A model generated the notes under the pieces. It was not told the origin of the DNA. It searched no databases and was given only the letters and a program-made list of their open reading frames with translations. Below are positions 21,868 through 32,234 of a stretch of 64,000 bases of DNA, in pieces. The first letter of the stretch is position 1, and each line of letters starts with the position of its first letter. The position numbers and the translations under genes are program-made. Source of the DNA: Trichormus sp. ATA11-4-KO1 (GTDB lineage Bacteria > Cyanobacteriota > Cyanobacteriia > Cyanobacteriales > Nostocaceae); NCBI GenBank assembly GCA_019358915.1, contig JAHHIM010000003.1, forward strand, positions 64,001-128,000, written 5' to 3'.

Positions 21868-22734
21868 ATGCGTCGAGATTCGATATTTTATAAACTGTTT
21901 CAGCAATCACCCAGTTTGTTATTTGAACTATTGACAAATCCACCGAGTAATGCAGATGAATATATATTTGATTCAGTAGCAGTCAAAGAACCAAAATTTG
22001 AGATTGACGGGGTATTTTTACCACCACAAAATCAAAGTCCTGGGGTGGTGTATTTCTGCGAGGTGCAATTTCAAAAAGACGAAAGGCTTTACGAGAGAGT
22101 ATTTGCGGAATCTTGGTTATATTTCTACCGCAACCGTGACAGGTTTAGTAATTTACAAATAGTGATAATTTACCCATCCCGGAGTCTGGAACAGAGCGAG
22201 ATTAATCCTTATCTCAGTCAACTCAACAGCCCCCAGGTCAATCGGATATATTTGGATGAGTTGGGTGATATTCGCTCTTTACCCTTGTGGGTTGCATTGA
22301 TGGTATTAACTACGCTGGAGGAAGAACGCACTACTGAGGAAGCAAGGTATTTGTTAGCGAGAAGTCAGCAGGAAGCACCTCAAGCCGAAAATCGTGCCAT
22401 CATAGATTTATTAACAACGATAATGGTTTATAAATTTGAAGGCAAGAGTCAACGGGAGGTAGAAGAGATGTTGGGAATTACACTCCAAGAAACCCGCGTT
22501 TACAGGGAAATTAAGCAAGAAGGAATACAAGAAGGAGAACAACGGGGACGAGAAGCGGAAGCGTGTCAACTGGTTATGCGTCTATTATCCAGAAGGTTAG
22601 GGAAATTACCGCAGGAGGTGCGTCAGTGCGTTGAATCTCTTTCTTTGGAACAATTAGAAAATCTCGGCGAAGCGTTGCTTGATTTTACCAATATAACCGA
22701 TCTACAAGCTTGGTTGGAAGCACTTGAAAGTTAA
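21868..22734 (+). CDS. Rpn-family PD-(D/E)XK nuclease (DUF2887 + DUF4351), copy 2
   Basis: Tandem copy at +1080 nt; identical to copy 1 up to 22542. Confidence 0.9.
   Translation: MRRDSIFYKLFQQSPSLLFELLTNPPSNADEYIFDSVAVKEPKFEIDGVFLPPQNQSPGVVYFCEVQFQKDERLYERVFAESWLYFYRNRDRFSNLQIVIIYPSRSLEQSEINPYLSQLNSPQVNRIYLDELGDIRSLPLWVALMVLTTLEEERTTEEARYLLARSQQEAPQAENRAIIDLLTTIMVYKFEGKSQREVEEMLGITLQETRVYREIKQEGIQEGEQRGREAEACQLVMRLLSRRLGKLPQEVRQCVESLSLEQLENLGEALLDFTNITDLQAWLEALES
22468..22734 (+). CDS. Predicted internally initiated small Rpn C-terminal protein, copy 2 (88 aa)
   Basis: GGAGGT at 22455-22460, in-frame ATG at 22468. Confidence 0.55.
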   Translation: MLGITLQETRVYREIKQEGIQEGEQRGREAEACQLVMRLLSRRLGKLPQEVRQCVESLSLEQLENLGEALLDFTNITDLQAWLEALES

Positions 22735-23013
22735 CTGATAACTGTTATTTAGTTTTTCCCAGCTAGTTTTTTGAGGTTTCATTTCTCTCCACTCAACCTA
22801 TGCTCGGATGGCGATCGCCTATATTAATTATGGCTCTTCGGTTCATTTTATGGAGTTGAATAATAAATAAAATCTAATCATAGCCTGTGTTCCTTGCTGT
22901 GACTGGATTTTAAATTTTTGAGACTTTCCATTAAACTGCGATTTTAATGCCGTGCCATAAAACCAACGCAAGAACCTTAATTATTTTGTGTTCGCTAATT
23001 TCATCTTCTCCAT

Positions 23014-23502
23014 TTAGCAGCCAAATTCGACAATTTTGCTGAGGGCAAACCAAGTGCGATCGCCCACAATACCATCTATTGCTAAACGATGGCGGCATTG
23101 AAAAGATGTAACTGCTGCTTCTGTATCTGATCCGAATTCTCCATCACATTCGCCTGTGTAGTCGCCTGCAAACAATAGTCTTTGCTGTAAAGCTTGCACT
23201 AATTCGCCTTGGCTACCTTTGTGAAGCGTCGGTAAATCAACAGGGCCACCATGCTCAAGTGCCTGCCAAGTTTTATACCCAACAACTCCGTCTTCCGGTA
23301 AAAAAACACGGTGTTGAAATAAAATCACACCCCCAGTCGTCTCTTGTCCAAAGATCCCATCAATGGGAGCAGAATAAATCAGGTAACTTCTCAACAGTCG
23401 TTGTAATTTTTTAACTGCCTCACCTGTAGCACCTTCCCTGAGTATCGGTTGATTTCGAGGATCAGTGCCATTAGATGGATTAGTAATGAATGTCATTTTC
23501 AT
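23014..23502 (-). CDS. Peptidoglycan-binding domain protein (2x PG_binding_1)
   Basis: Two repeats of L..G..G..V..LQ..L...DG.FG..T...V..FQ....L..DG.VG..TW.AL; AAGGAG SD before ATG 23502. Confidence 0.9.
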   Translation of the reverse strand: MKMTFITNPSNGTDPRNQPILREGATGEAVKKLQRLLRSYLIYSAPIDGIFGQETTGGVILFQHRVFLPEDGVVGYKTWQALEHGGPVDLPTLHKGSQGELVQALQQRLLFAGDYTGECDGEFGSDTEAAVTSFQCRHRLAIDGIVGDRTWFALSKIVEFGC

Positions 23503-23721
23503 TACTCCTTGTTCACTCGTATTTGATAGATTCTTACAATGTAGTTTTATTGACTCTGATAAAACTTCACCCAATTTGAGTAACTATGTACTATCCAAGT
23601 GGTTCACCCGGTTGTAGGAAGACAAGGGGAAGTGATTTTCCTCATGACCAATGACTAGCGAAGGTTGGTAGGATGGGAAAAATCCGAAGATTTGTGCTAC
23701 AACTGGGAGTTATTTTTTGAT

Positions 23722-25029
23722 ATGACTGTTCTTCAAGATGCTTCGTTCCTGATTGCGATCGCCCAAAAAACCCGCCAAGCTGCTAGTAAGTTGGCACTTC
23801 TCTCGACTGATGCAAAAAATCAAGCAATTGCAGCGATCGCCCAAGCTTTAGAATCATCCCAGGATGAAATTTTGCAGGCAAATATCGCTGATTGTCAAGC
23901 GGCATCGGCTGAAGGTATTGCCAAACCATTGTATAAGCGCTTGCAATTAGATGAACATAAATTACGAGATGCGATCGCTGGGGTGCGAGATGTCGGTAAA
24001 CTAGCAGATCCAGTGGGTCAGGTGCAAATACACCGCGAACTTGATCAGGGTTTGGTTCTCAAGCGGATAACTTGTCCTTTGGGTGTTTTGGGGATTATTT
24101 TTGAAGCACGTCCAGAGGCCGCAATTCAAATTGTCTCGTTGGCAATTAAGTCAGGTAATGGTGTAATTCTTAAAGGCGGTAAGGAAGCGATTCGTTCTTG
24201 CGAAGCCATAGTTAAGGCAATTAAGCAAGGATTATCTCACACTGCTGTTAATCCTGATGCTGTGCAATTGCTGACTACTAGAGACGAAACTAGAGAACTG
24301 TTAAATTTAGATAAATATGTAGATTTAATTATTCCTAGGGGTTCCAATTCATTTGTAAAATTTGTCCAGGATAATACCCGCATTCCCGTATTAGGACACG
24401 CTGACGGAATTTGTCACTTATATATAGATAAAGCTGCTGATATGCAAAAAGCAGTGAGTATTACAGTTGATGCTAAAATTCAATACGCCGCAGCTTGTAA
24501 TGCTATTGAAACCTTGTTAATTCATCAATCAATAGCCGCCGAATTTATCCCCAAAGTTGCTGAAGCTTTGCAAGCTGTGGATGTGGAATTAAAAGGTGAT
24601 GAACGCACTTTAGAAATTTTACCTAATCTTGCCCCGGCAACAGCAATAGATTGGGAAACAGAATATAGCGATTTAATTTTGTCTATTAAAATTGTAGACT
24701 CTATCTCAGAGGCGATCGCTCATATAAATACATATGGTTCTCGGCATACCGATGCCATTATTACAGAAGATTTAGCTGCTGTAGAAACCTTCTTTGGACT
24801 TGTCAATGCTGCTGGAGTATTTCACAATTGTTCTACCCGTTTTGCTGATGGTTTCCGTTACGGTTTCGGCGCAGAAGTAGGAATTAGTACTCAACAAATG
24901 CCTCCCCGCGGCCCAGTCGGTTTAGAAGGATTGGTAACCTACAAATATCAAATGACTGGTGATGGTCATATTGTCGCTACTTACACTGGGGCCAATGCTA
25001 AATCCTTTACTCATCAGGATTTAGTGTAA
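23722..25029 (+). CDS. proA: Glutamate-5-semialdehyde dehydrogenase
   Basis: [47 protein letters not shown]. Confidence 0.97.
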   Translation: MTVLQDASFLIAIAQKTRQAASKLALLSTDAKNQAIAAIAQALESSQDEILQANIADCQAASAEGIAKPLYKRLQLDEHKLRDAIAGVRDVGKLADPVGQVQIHRELDQGLVLKRITCPLGVLGIIFEARPEAAIQIVSLAIKSGNGVILKGGKEAIRSCEAIVKAIKQGLSHTAVNPDAVQLLTTRDETRELLNLDKYVDLIIPRGSNSFVKFVQDNTRIPVLGHADGICHLYIDKAADMQKAVSITVDAKIQYAAACNAIETLLIHQSIAAEFIPKVAEALQAVDVELKGDERTLEILPNLAPATAIDWETEYSDLILSIKIVDSISEAIAHINTYGSRHTDAIITEDLAAVETFFGLVNAAGVFHNCSTRFADGFRYGFGAEVGISTQQMPPRGPVGLEGLVTYKYQMTGDGHIVATYTGANAKSFTHQDLV

Positions 25030-25065
25030 ATCTACTCAAATAATTCACCTGAAAGACGATAGAAT

Positions 25066-25092
25066 TACACCGACAAGTACGGTGTATTTTTT
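25066..25092 (+). terminator. Rho-independent terminator after proA
   Basis: TACACCG-loop-CGGTGTA followed by a T run. Confidence 0.65.
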
Positions 25093-25114
25093 CGTATTCT
25101 TGTGAGAATTTCGG

Positions 25115-25996
25115 ATGAATGTTGAAAAACTTAGTTGGTTTCGAGTGGCTTTACAACTAAAAGGTTCTGTAGTTCCTGCTATTTTTCTTCGACTAATTTT
25201 ATGTACTAGTTTAGGATTTATCATCTCTGTAATCCACTATTACGGCTATGATTTACCACAACAGGTTTTTAGTAGTGTAATTAGTAATGTAGCCTATAAT
25301 CTGGTCTTAGGTTTATTAATGGTATTTCGCACAAACACTGCTTATAGTAGATATTGGGAAGGACGGCAAATCTGGGGAAACATAATTATTAATAGTCTGA
25401 ATTTGGGCAGAAAGATTCGGCTATTGGTGGTAGAGAATGAATCTAGTGATCAAGCAAATAAAGCAGCAGCAGTCAGGTTATTAAATGCTTTTTCCATTGC
25501 CACTAAATTACACCTGCGCCGAATATCTGTTAATAGCGAATTAGAAATATTACTCACACCAGCACAATATTTAGCACTCAAAGACGCAACAAGTCCCCCA
25601 TTAAAAATTGCTTTATGGATTGGCGATTATCTCAAACAACAGCAAATGCAAAATTGCCTTACTACATTAGAATTAATAGAGATGAACACTTCATTAGATA
25701 AAATGGTAGAAGGATTCATCGGTTGTGAACGTATTTTAACAACACCTATTCCCCTAGCTTATACGATATATCTCAAACGAGTTTTATTAATATATTGCCT
25801 AATATTGCCATTCCAACTTGTATATAATTTAAATTGGTGGACAGCCCCCATAGTCGCAGTAATTAGTTTTATTTTGTTGGGTGTAGAAGAAATTGGTAAC
25901 CAAATAGAAAACCCTTTTGGTCTTGAACCCAATGATTTACCAGTAGATGAAATTTGTCAGAAATTAGGCAAAAATTTAGAAGATTTAAATGTGTAA
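25115..25996 (+). CDS. Bestrophin-family ion channel
   Basis: VFRTNTAYSRYWEGR, ERILTTPIP, IENPFG..PNDLP. Confidence 0.92.
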   Translation: MNVEKLSWFRVALQLKGSVVPAIFLRLILCTSLGFIISVIHYYGYDLPQQVFSSVISNVAYNLVLGLLMVFRTNTAYSRYWEGRQIWGNIIINSLNLGRKIRLLVVENESSDQANKAAAVRLLNAFSIATKLHLRRISVNSELEILLTPAQYLALKDATSPPLKIALWIGDYLKQQQMQNCLTTLELIEMNTSLDKMVEGFIGCERILTTPIPLAYTIYLKRVLLIYCLILPFQLVYNLNWWTAPIVAVISFILLGVEEIGNQIENPFGLEPNDLPVDEICQKLGKNLEDLNV

Positions 25997-26208
25997 TTTT
26001 TTTAATTTCGGGAAGTTGCTAAAGCATCTGTATGTGTGGTTAAGAGCCTTTTTGCCTTGTATAAATTTATAATTTTACATGACTATTAAAATATCAATTT
26101 CAAGAATGTGGTTTTAACTACGATATGAAATTGAATTAGTAAGATAAACTAGCCGTATGCATGTCATCAAAATGCTGGCTTTTATCTAGTAGAAAAACAG
26201 GATCAGCC

Positions 26209-26445
26209 ATGAGTAGAGAAGTAGTTAAAGTAATATTATGGGAAGAAAAACAAAAAGATTATCTAAAAAAGTTTTATGACATACAATTTACTCCCAGAAT
26301 AGGAGAGGAAATTTACATAAACAAAGAAAATTGGCGAGTAACCAGAGTTGAGCATGATTTAGAAGTTAGTGAGATTAATGTCTATATGGAATTAATCAAA
26401 AAAGTGAAGCCGGAGAAATCATCTAACTCAGCAAATAAAATTTGA
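26209..26445 (+). CDS. Small hypothetical protein
   Basis: 78 aa from ATG 26209; PRIGE.I...W.V..V.H beta-rich pattern. Confidence 0.6.
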   Translation: MSREVVKVILWEEKQKDYLKKFYDIQFTPRIGEEIYINKENWRVTRVEHDLEVSEINVYMELIKKVKPEKSSNSANKI

Positions 26446-26457
26446 TTTAGGATATTT

Positions 26458-26507
26458 TTCAGAAATGACGCGCCAAATCCTGGAATTTCGCCTGCGTCAT
26501 TTCTGAA
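26458..26507. terminator. 14-bp perfect inverted repeat
   Basis: TTCAGAAATGACGC...GCGTCATTTCTGAA directly after the stop at 26445. Confidence 0.55.
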
Positions 26508-26753
26508 TCACTAAATATTCCCAATGAAACGAGTTTCATAGTCAAGGTATGAAAGAAGGACTAAAGAAACTTCTCTGCGAGACGCTCCCCTTCGACTTCG
26601 CTCAGGGTAAGCGCACTCAGCACTTTCCCATCAGTAGGATTTTTGAGATTAGAGGTAATCCATCCTTTGTACAAAGAAAGCGAAAAACTTGTCATTTTCT
26701 TAGGTGATAACTTTCGGTACAATACATAAGCCTCATCCTTTTTCCTCAATATC

Positions 26754-27851
26754 ATGGGCAATACTTTCGGACATTTATTTCGCATCACTACATTTGGTGA
26801 GTCCCACGGTGGCGGCGTGGGGGTTGTAATTGATGGCTGTCCTCCACAACTGGAAATTTCCGCAGAAGAAATTCAAGTAGAATTAGACAGAAGACGACCG
26901 GGACAAAGCAAAATTACCACACCACGTAAAGAAGCTGATAGCTGCGAAATCTTGTCTGGAGTATTTGCTGGGAAAACTCTGGGAACACCCATAGCTATTA
27001 TGGTGCGGAACAAAGACACTCGTCCCCAAGACTATGACGAAATGGCCCAGAAGTATCGCCCTTCCCATGCAGATGCAACCTATGATGCTAAATATGGCAT
27101 TCGGAATTGGCAAGGTGGCGGTAGATCGTCAGCGCGTGAGACAATTGGTAGAGTCGCAGCAGGTGCGATCGCTAAAAAAATTCTCCGTCAAGTTGCCAAT
27201 ATTGAAATCATCGGTTACGTCAAGCGCATCAAGGATTTGGAAGGCGTAATTGATCCCAACACCGTCACCTTAGAACAAGTCGAAAGCAACATTGTGCGCT
27301 GTCCCGATGCCGAATGCAGCGATCGCATGATTGAATTAATTGAGCAAACTGGCAGACAAGGTAATTCCATTGGCGGTGTAGTAGAATGCGTAGCGCGGAA
27401 TGTGCCCAAAGGTTTAGGCGAACCAGTATTTGATAAATTAGAAGCCGATATTGCTAAAGGTGTCATGTCTCTCCCTGCTAGTAAAGGATTTGAAATTGGT
27501 TCGGGTTTTGCTGGGACGCTGTTAACAGGAATTGAGCATAACGACGAATTTTATATTGATGAAAATGGGGAAATTCGCACCGTAACTAACCGTTCTGGGG
27601 GAATTCAAGGGGGAATTTCTAACGGAGAAAATATAATTTTAAGAGTTGCATTTAAGCCGACAGCAACAATTAGAAAAGAGCAAAAAACAGTTACTAATGA
27701 GAAAGAAGAAACAGTATTAGCTGCCAAAGGTAGGCATGATCCTTGCGTATTACCCCGTGCAGTACCAATGGTTGAGGCGATGGTGGCCTTAGTACTGTGT
27801 GACCATTTATTAAGGCATCATGGGCAGTGTGGGGTGATAGGGGACAGGTGA
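26754..27851 (+). CDS. aroC: Chorismate synthase
   Basis: [32 protein letters not shown]. Confidence 0.98.
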   Translation: MGNTFGHLFRITTFGESHGGGVGVVIDGCPPQLEISAEEIQVELDRRRPGQSKITTPRKEADSCEILSGVFAGKTLGTPIAIMVRNKDTRPQDYDEMAQKYRPSHADATYDAKYGIRNWQGGGRSSARETIGRVAAGAIAKKILRQVANIEIIGYVKRIKDLEGVIDPNTVTLEQVESNIVRCPDAECSDRMIELIEQTGRQGNSIGGVVECVARNVPKGLGEPVFDKLEADIAKGVMSLPASKGFEIGSGFAGTLLTGIEHNDEFYIDENGEIRTVTNRSGGIQGGISNGENIILRVAFKPTATIRKEQKTVTNEKEETVLAAKGRHDPCVLPRAVPMVEAMVALVLCDHLLRHHGQCGVIGDR

Positions 27852-27998
27852 TAGGCTTTGCCGTTTCAGCCGTGTTAAAAAATGTCTAAATATTTATGCT
27901 GAGGTACTTATGGGGACAAATAAAACATTAAGATTGTGACCAGATCCAAAGTCTTCTACACTGACTGGATAAGTTTTAACTATCAACAGCCCCTTGCG

Positions 27999-28889
27999 AT
28001 GGTCAACGATTCTGAATACATCAGGCAAGCTGAAGCCACTCGTGTACGCGTACTAAGCGAAGCACTACCTTACATTCAACAATTTACAGGCCGCACTGTT
28101 GTTGTGAAATATGGTGGTGCAGCAATGAAAGATAGCGTCCTGAAAGATAAAGTTATCCGCGATATTGTATTTTTATCCTGCGTTGGCTTGCGTCCCATTC
28201 TTGTGCATGGTGGTGGCCCAGAAATTAACAGTTGGTTAAATAAACTGGGCATCGAAGCGCAATTTAAGAATGGTCTGCGAGTCACAGATGCTCCCACCAT
28301 GGATGTGGTGGAAATGGTTTTAGTCGGTCGAGTTAATAAAGAAATTGTTTCTTTAATTAGCCGGGCTGGAGGCTTGGCGGTAGGACTTTGCGGTAAAGAT
28401 GGTAACCTGCTTAAAGCTCGTCCCCAAGATCAAGAAGGCATTGGTTTTGTGGGGGAAGTCAGTAATGTGAATATCAACATTTTGGAAACCCTCTCTAGTA
28501 ATGGCTATATTCCGGTAGTGTCTAGCGTAGCCACAGACGAGAAAGGACAAGCCTACAACATTAATGCTGATACTGTAGCTGGGGAAATCGCCGCCGCCCT
28601 AGGGGCAGAAAAGCTGATTTTACTAACCGACACACCAGGTATTTTAAAAGATTATCAAGACCCTTCTACCTTGATTCCTCAAGTAGATATTCGGGAAGCC
28701 CGCGAGCTGATTGCCAATGGTACCGTTAGTGGTGGGATGATTCCCAAAGTTAATTGTTGTGTGCGATCGCTTGCTCAAGGCGTAAGTGCAGCACACATTA
28801 TTGATGGTCGCATTCCTCACGCCCTACTATTAGAAATCTTTACCGATGGTGGTATCGGCAGTATGATTCTCGGTTCTAAATACTCCTAA
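27999..28889 (+). CDS. argB: Acetylglutamate kinase
   Basis: [34 protein letters not shown]. Confidence 0.97.
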   Translation: MVNDSEYIRQAEATRVRVLSEALPYIQQFTGRTVVVKYGGAAMKDSVLKDKVIRDIVFLSCVGLRPILVHGGGPEINSWLNKLGIEAQFKNGLRVTDAPTMDVVEMVLVGRVNKEIVSLISRAGGLAVGLCGKDGNLLKARPQDQEGIGFVGEVSNVNINILETLSSNGYIPVVSSVATDEKGQAYNINADTVAGEIAAALGAEKLILLTDTPGILKDYQDPSTLIPQVDIREARELIANGTVSGGMIPKVNCCVRSLAQGVSAAHIIDGRIPHALLLEIFTDGGIGSMILGSKYS

Positions 28890-28890
28890 G

Positions 28891-28957
28891 AGTGCTGAGT
28901 GCTTTCTAAGTGCTGAGTGCTTTCTAAGTGCTGAGTGCTGAGTGCTGAGTGCTGAGT
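28891..28957. repeat. STRR heptamer array (AGTGCTG)n
   Basis: Repeated AGTGCTG with a higher-order 18-nt duplication. Confidence 0.9.
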
Positions 28958-29010
28958 AAAAAACTAGTTCCTACTCACTACTTCACTACTCCCTATTACC
29001 TACTCCCTAA

Positions 29011-29520
29011 TCACCACCCTCTCCAATACCGCGAATTATTGATAATCACCCGCGATCGCCCTCTGAATGGTGTATGATACCGCGAATTATTGATAATCAC
29101 CCGCGATCGCCCTCTGAATGGTGTATGATACCGCGAATTATTGATAATCACCCGCGATCGCCCTCTGAATGGTGTATGGTGCCGCGAATTATTGATAATC
29201 ACTGGATTAACCAAGGTTGAGTCACGAATTATCGGATTAATTAAAGTTGGCTTAATTAACCTGGAATTATTGACCGTAGGATAAGAGTGATAGTGGCTAT
29301 TGCGACTTGGTATTAGTCCCGTCGCTGGGTCTACAGGCATGGGAGTAGGAATAGGACTACCATAAATAAAAGAACCAACAGCAGGTGGCTGACTAACTCT
29401 AGAAGCGCCATTAATTATGATGATGCGCTGGGCAAAAGCTGGGGTACTCATAGCACTCATTATTGCCAGAGTTATGCCTGCTCCTAGCCAATTCAGTTGC
29501 GAATGCTTAATTTTCAGCAT
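29011..29520 (-). CDS. Secreted hypothetical protein with 17-aa C-terminal repeats
   Basis: Signal peptide ending PAFA; repeats of VIINNSRYHTPFRGRSR. Confidence 0.75.
   Translation of the reverse strand: MLKIKHSQLNWLGAGITLAIMSAMSTPAFAQRIIIINGASRVSQPPAVGSFIYGSPIPTPMPVDPATGLIPSRNSHYHSYPTVNNSRLIKPTLINPIIRDSTLVNPVIINNSRHHTPFRGRSRVIINNSRYHTPFRGRSRVIINNSRYHTPFRGRSRVIINNSRYWRGW
29026..29202. repeat. 51-nt tandem repeat x3 plus partial, each full unit with a HIP1 site
   Basis: Units 29026-29076, 29077-29127 and 29128-29178 are identical. Confidence 0.97.
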
Positions 29521-29651
29521 ATTTTGCTCACCTGCATTTGATAACCTGAATTTTTATTAAGAAAATAGCCACAGCTACTTGGTTAAAATTTTAAAAGTTT
29601 ATCGAGTTGAATTTTGCCAGCTTTTAAAAAGATTCTAAAAAGATTCCTGGC

Positions 29652-30200
29652 ATGAACACAACTAAAGCAGAGCAAAACGTGAGTACAGAAACTTTAGAAA
29701 TTGCCAAAGTTCTCTACCAGAGCGGAAAACTTGCCTTTGAAAATGGAAAATATCGAGAGGCTGTAGAAAATCTGGAAAAGGCCAGCGCCTTGTTGTCTCG
29801 CAATTCTCGCCTTGGGGGTGAGGTGGAAATTTGGCTAGTGACAGCTTATGAAGCAGCTGGGCGCACAGAAGAAGCGATCGCCCTTTGTCAACAACTCCAA
29901 CGCCATCCCTTCCCAGAGACTAGTAAACAAGCAAAGCAATTACTCTACATTTTAAAAGCGCCAAAACTCCAACGACCAAGCGAGTGGATGACCGAAATCC
30001 CCGATTTAGGTACACTACCTGATAATGAGGCCAAAATTCGGGCATCTGGCAATCCTCGCAAATCTTCTGGACAAAAGACGACTGCTGAACCAGAATTGGT
30101 TGATCTTAGCCAGGTCAATACCAGAGATAATCGCTTTATCTGGGTGGCGTTAATTGTTATTGGGTTAACACTTTCTTACTTGGCTTGGTTGCGTTTTTAA
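29652..30200 (+). CDS. TPR protein with C-terminal membrane anchor
   Basis: TPR-like helices (G.Y.EAV..LEKA; AYEAAGR.EEAIAL) and a C-terminal TM segment. Confidence 0.8.
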   Translation: MNTTKAEQNVSTETLEIAKVLYQSGKLAFENGKYREAVENLEKASALLSRNSRLGGEVEIWLVTAYEAAGRTEEAIALCQQLQRHPFPETSKQAKQLLYILKAPKLQRPSEWMTEIPDLGTLPDNEAKIRASGNPRKSSGQKTTAEPELVDLSQVNTRDNRFIWVALIVIGLTLSYLAWLRF

Positions 30201-30281
30201 TCAACCTCTTGTAGATACCAACGTCGCCATGTTGTAGAAGTCAAGATTGGTTAAGATATTTGACTTTTTGGGAGAGATATA

Positions 30282-31178
30282 ATGATGAATTTTTCAATTC
30301 TCGGCCAGCTTTTAATAGGGTTGATCAGACCATTTAGTTTTGTGTTGACAAAAGTAAGATTTCTTCAACCACAAAAAAGTCGAAATCGGATGAATTCCAT
30401 CTTGCCGCTCAAAAATCCTATTTTGTGGCTGGTACTGTTAACATCGTTGCTGCTATCTGGTTGTGTTCAGTATGACGTAGGGGTGAACTTTGACAGTTCA
30501 AATCGTGGCGAACTGGTGCAGCACATTAAGTTGGGCGAACGACTTACCACTTTTAGTGGCGACTATGTATATGAATGGTTAAACAGCATAGAACGTCGCG
30601 CCCGTCAACTAGAAGGAAAAGCACAACGGCTTTCTCAAGAAGAAATTATTGTGAAGATTCCCTTCAGTAATGGTCAGGAGTTACAAGAGAAGTTCAACGA
30701 ATTTTTTAACTCTCGTGCTAATCAAAAAGCTGAAGCTGTACCAAGCGAATCTGAATCAGAACTACCAAAAATTGAATCTAACTTACTCCTAGATCAAAAC
30801 AATTTTTTACTGTTAGTCAAGAATCGCTTAATTTATGATTTAGACTTGCGATCGCTCTCGCTGATTGCCAGTAAAGGTAACGTCCTCGCTGATCCTGGGT
30901 CAATTCTCGATTTGGAATTTAGCTTAAAAACCCCTTGGGGAGCAAGGAACATTCAACAAACAGAAACTGCTATTCAGCCAGAAAAAAAAGGCAAGCAATT
31001 GATATGGCAACTCAGACCTGGTGAACTTAACCACATAGAAGTAGTTTTCTGGTTACCTAGTCCCCTCGGTATTGGTAGTTTGTTGATTATTCTGTTTATC
31101 TGGGGAGGAATTTATCTCAGATACACTTTCATGCCAGATCCCAGAATTCAGTTTTCTCCCAAAGCAGCTACAGAATAA
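30282..31178 (+). CDS. DUF3153 family lipoprotein
   Basis: LLSGCV lipobox, DLDLRSL, LEFSLKTPWG, WQLRPGELN, WLPSPLGIG; start uncertain. Confidence 0.8.
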   Translation: MMNFSILGQLLIGLIRPFSFVLTKVRFLQPQKSRNRMNSILPLKNPILWLVLLTSLLLSGCVQYDVGVNFDSSNRGELVQHIKLGERLTTFSGDYVYEWLNSIERRARQLEGKAQRLSQEEIIVKIPFSNGQELQEKFNEFFNSRANQKAEAVPSESESELPKIESNLLLDQNNFLLLVKNRLIYDLDLRSLSLIASKGNVLADPGSILDLEFSLKTPWGARNIQQTETAIQPEKKGKQLIWQLRPGELNHIEVVFWLPSPLGIGSLLIILFIWGGIYLRYTFMPDPRIQFSPKAATE

Positions 31179-31286
31179 ATAGACCAATTAATTTAGCGAT
31201 CGCGTGTGGTTTGCTTATGGCAAAAGATGCGATCGCTCCCTAGATTATCTTGAATATCTGCAACAAGAAATCAGTAGGTATCGCAA

Positions 31287-31438
31287 CTAATCCTTTCTTT
31301 GTGAGCCAGTTGCTACAAGTCGGCGGAGCCGCCCAAAGCACTGGCTTGTCTTTGTGCCTTTGTAGTTCAAAAGTCATTTGTTTAACCACTAAGACACCAA
31401 GACACCAAGAGAAACACATTACACCTTGAAAGGGCTAG
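31287..31438. mobile_element. MITE-like composite repeat, copy 2, with imperfect terminal inverted repeats
   Basis: CTAATCCTTTC...GAAAGGGCTAG ends; body matches 14714-14853. Confidence 0.8.
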
Positions 31439-31578
31439 GTAATCTCAGAAGTATTATAATCTGCCACAAATACCGTGTATTCCGGTGAAAGATAGTCTGC
31501 TTTCACTAATTTTTACTTGGTTTACGAGGAAATTTTCCCTAGCAAGTTTACAAAAATCCGTAATCTCCCGGTTACGAC

Positions 31579-32184
31579 TTGAATAAAGCTTTAGTCACAA
31601 CTACGGGAGATTACATGATGTACATGACATGGCTGAACAATCCGATGCCAATGGCTAACTTATTAGGTTGTTTGGCAGTAATTAGTTATATTTTAACATT
31701 GCTTCCCACTTCTTTAAGAGTAGTTTTTCCTGCTTTAAAGAAGACTAAACTTCCCATTCAATTATTGAAATATCGTCGTCAATTAGGGGTCTTGGCTTTT
31801 GTTTTAAGTTTGGGTCATGCCTGGCTTTTAATAGTCAAAAGAAATTTCGATTTTTTTGATTTGAGTACCTATAGAGTATATGTGCATGGTTCAGCAACAT
31901 TTATTATTTTCACACTACTAGCAGTTACATCTAACGACTGGTGTGTCAAAAAAATGAAGAAGAATTGGCGACAGTTGCATCAACTAACCTATCTAGCAAT
32001 GTTCTTATTGTTTTGGCACATTAATGACAAAATGTCTGGTCATTGGAATTTTATGACTCCTGTAGTAGTTGTGGGCATGGCAACAATGATCATTTTATTC
32101 TTACGCAGACGCTGGCTAGAACGGCAAATGAAAACAAAGCCAAATATTAAGCAACAGGAATCAATGCAACCAATGTCTGATTAA
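31579..32184 (+). CDS. Ferric reductase-like transmembrane protein (MsrQ-like)
   Basis: YRRQLG...H, LLAVTSN, WRQLHQLTY....WH heme-ligand pattern; start uncertain. Confidence 0.85.
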   Translation: MNKALVTTTGDYMMYMTWLNNPMPMANLLGCLAVISYILTLLPTSLRVVFPALKKTKLPIQLLKYRRQLGVLAFVLSLGHAWLLIVKRNFDFFDLSTYRVYVHGSATFIIFTLLAVTSNDWCVKKMKKNWRQLHQLTYLAMFLLFWHINDKMSGHWNFMTPVVVVGMATMIILFLRRRWLERQMKTKPNIKQQESMQPMSD

Positions 32185-32234
32185 TCACCATATTTTAGTT
32201 CTATTACTTGCCATTAATTAGTTATTCAATTAGT

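Noticed and set aside
21463..22620. Diversity-generating retroelement VR/TR pair in the Rpn copies
   Set aside because: Differences are not adenine-specific, include an indel, and no reverse transcriptase is in the window
26561..26788. ORFs 26561..26788, 38243..38464 and 52743..52928
   Set aside because: They run through dispersed repeats; the shared MKRVS start is stopped at codon 6 in the 26524 copy
29026..29202. Possible CRISPR array
   Set aside because: Units are contiguous and identical with no unique spacers, lie in frame in an ORF, and no cas genes are nearby
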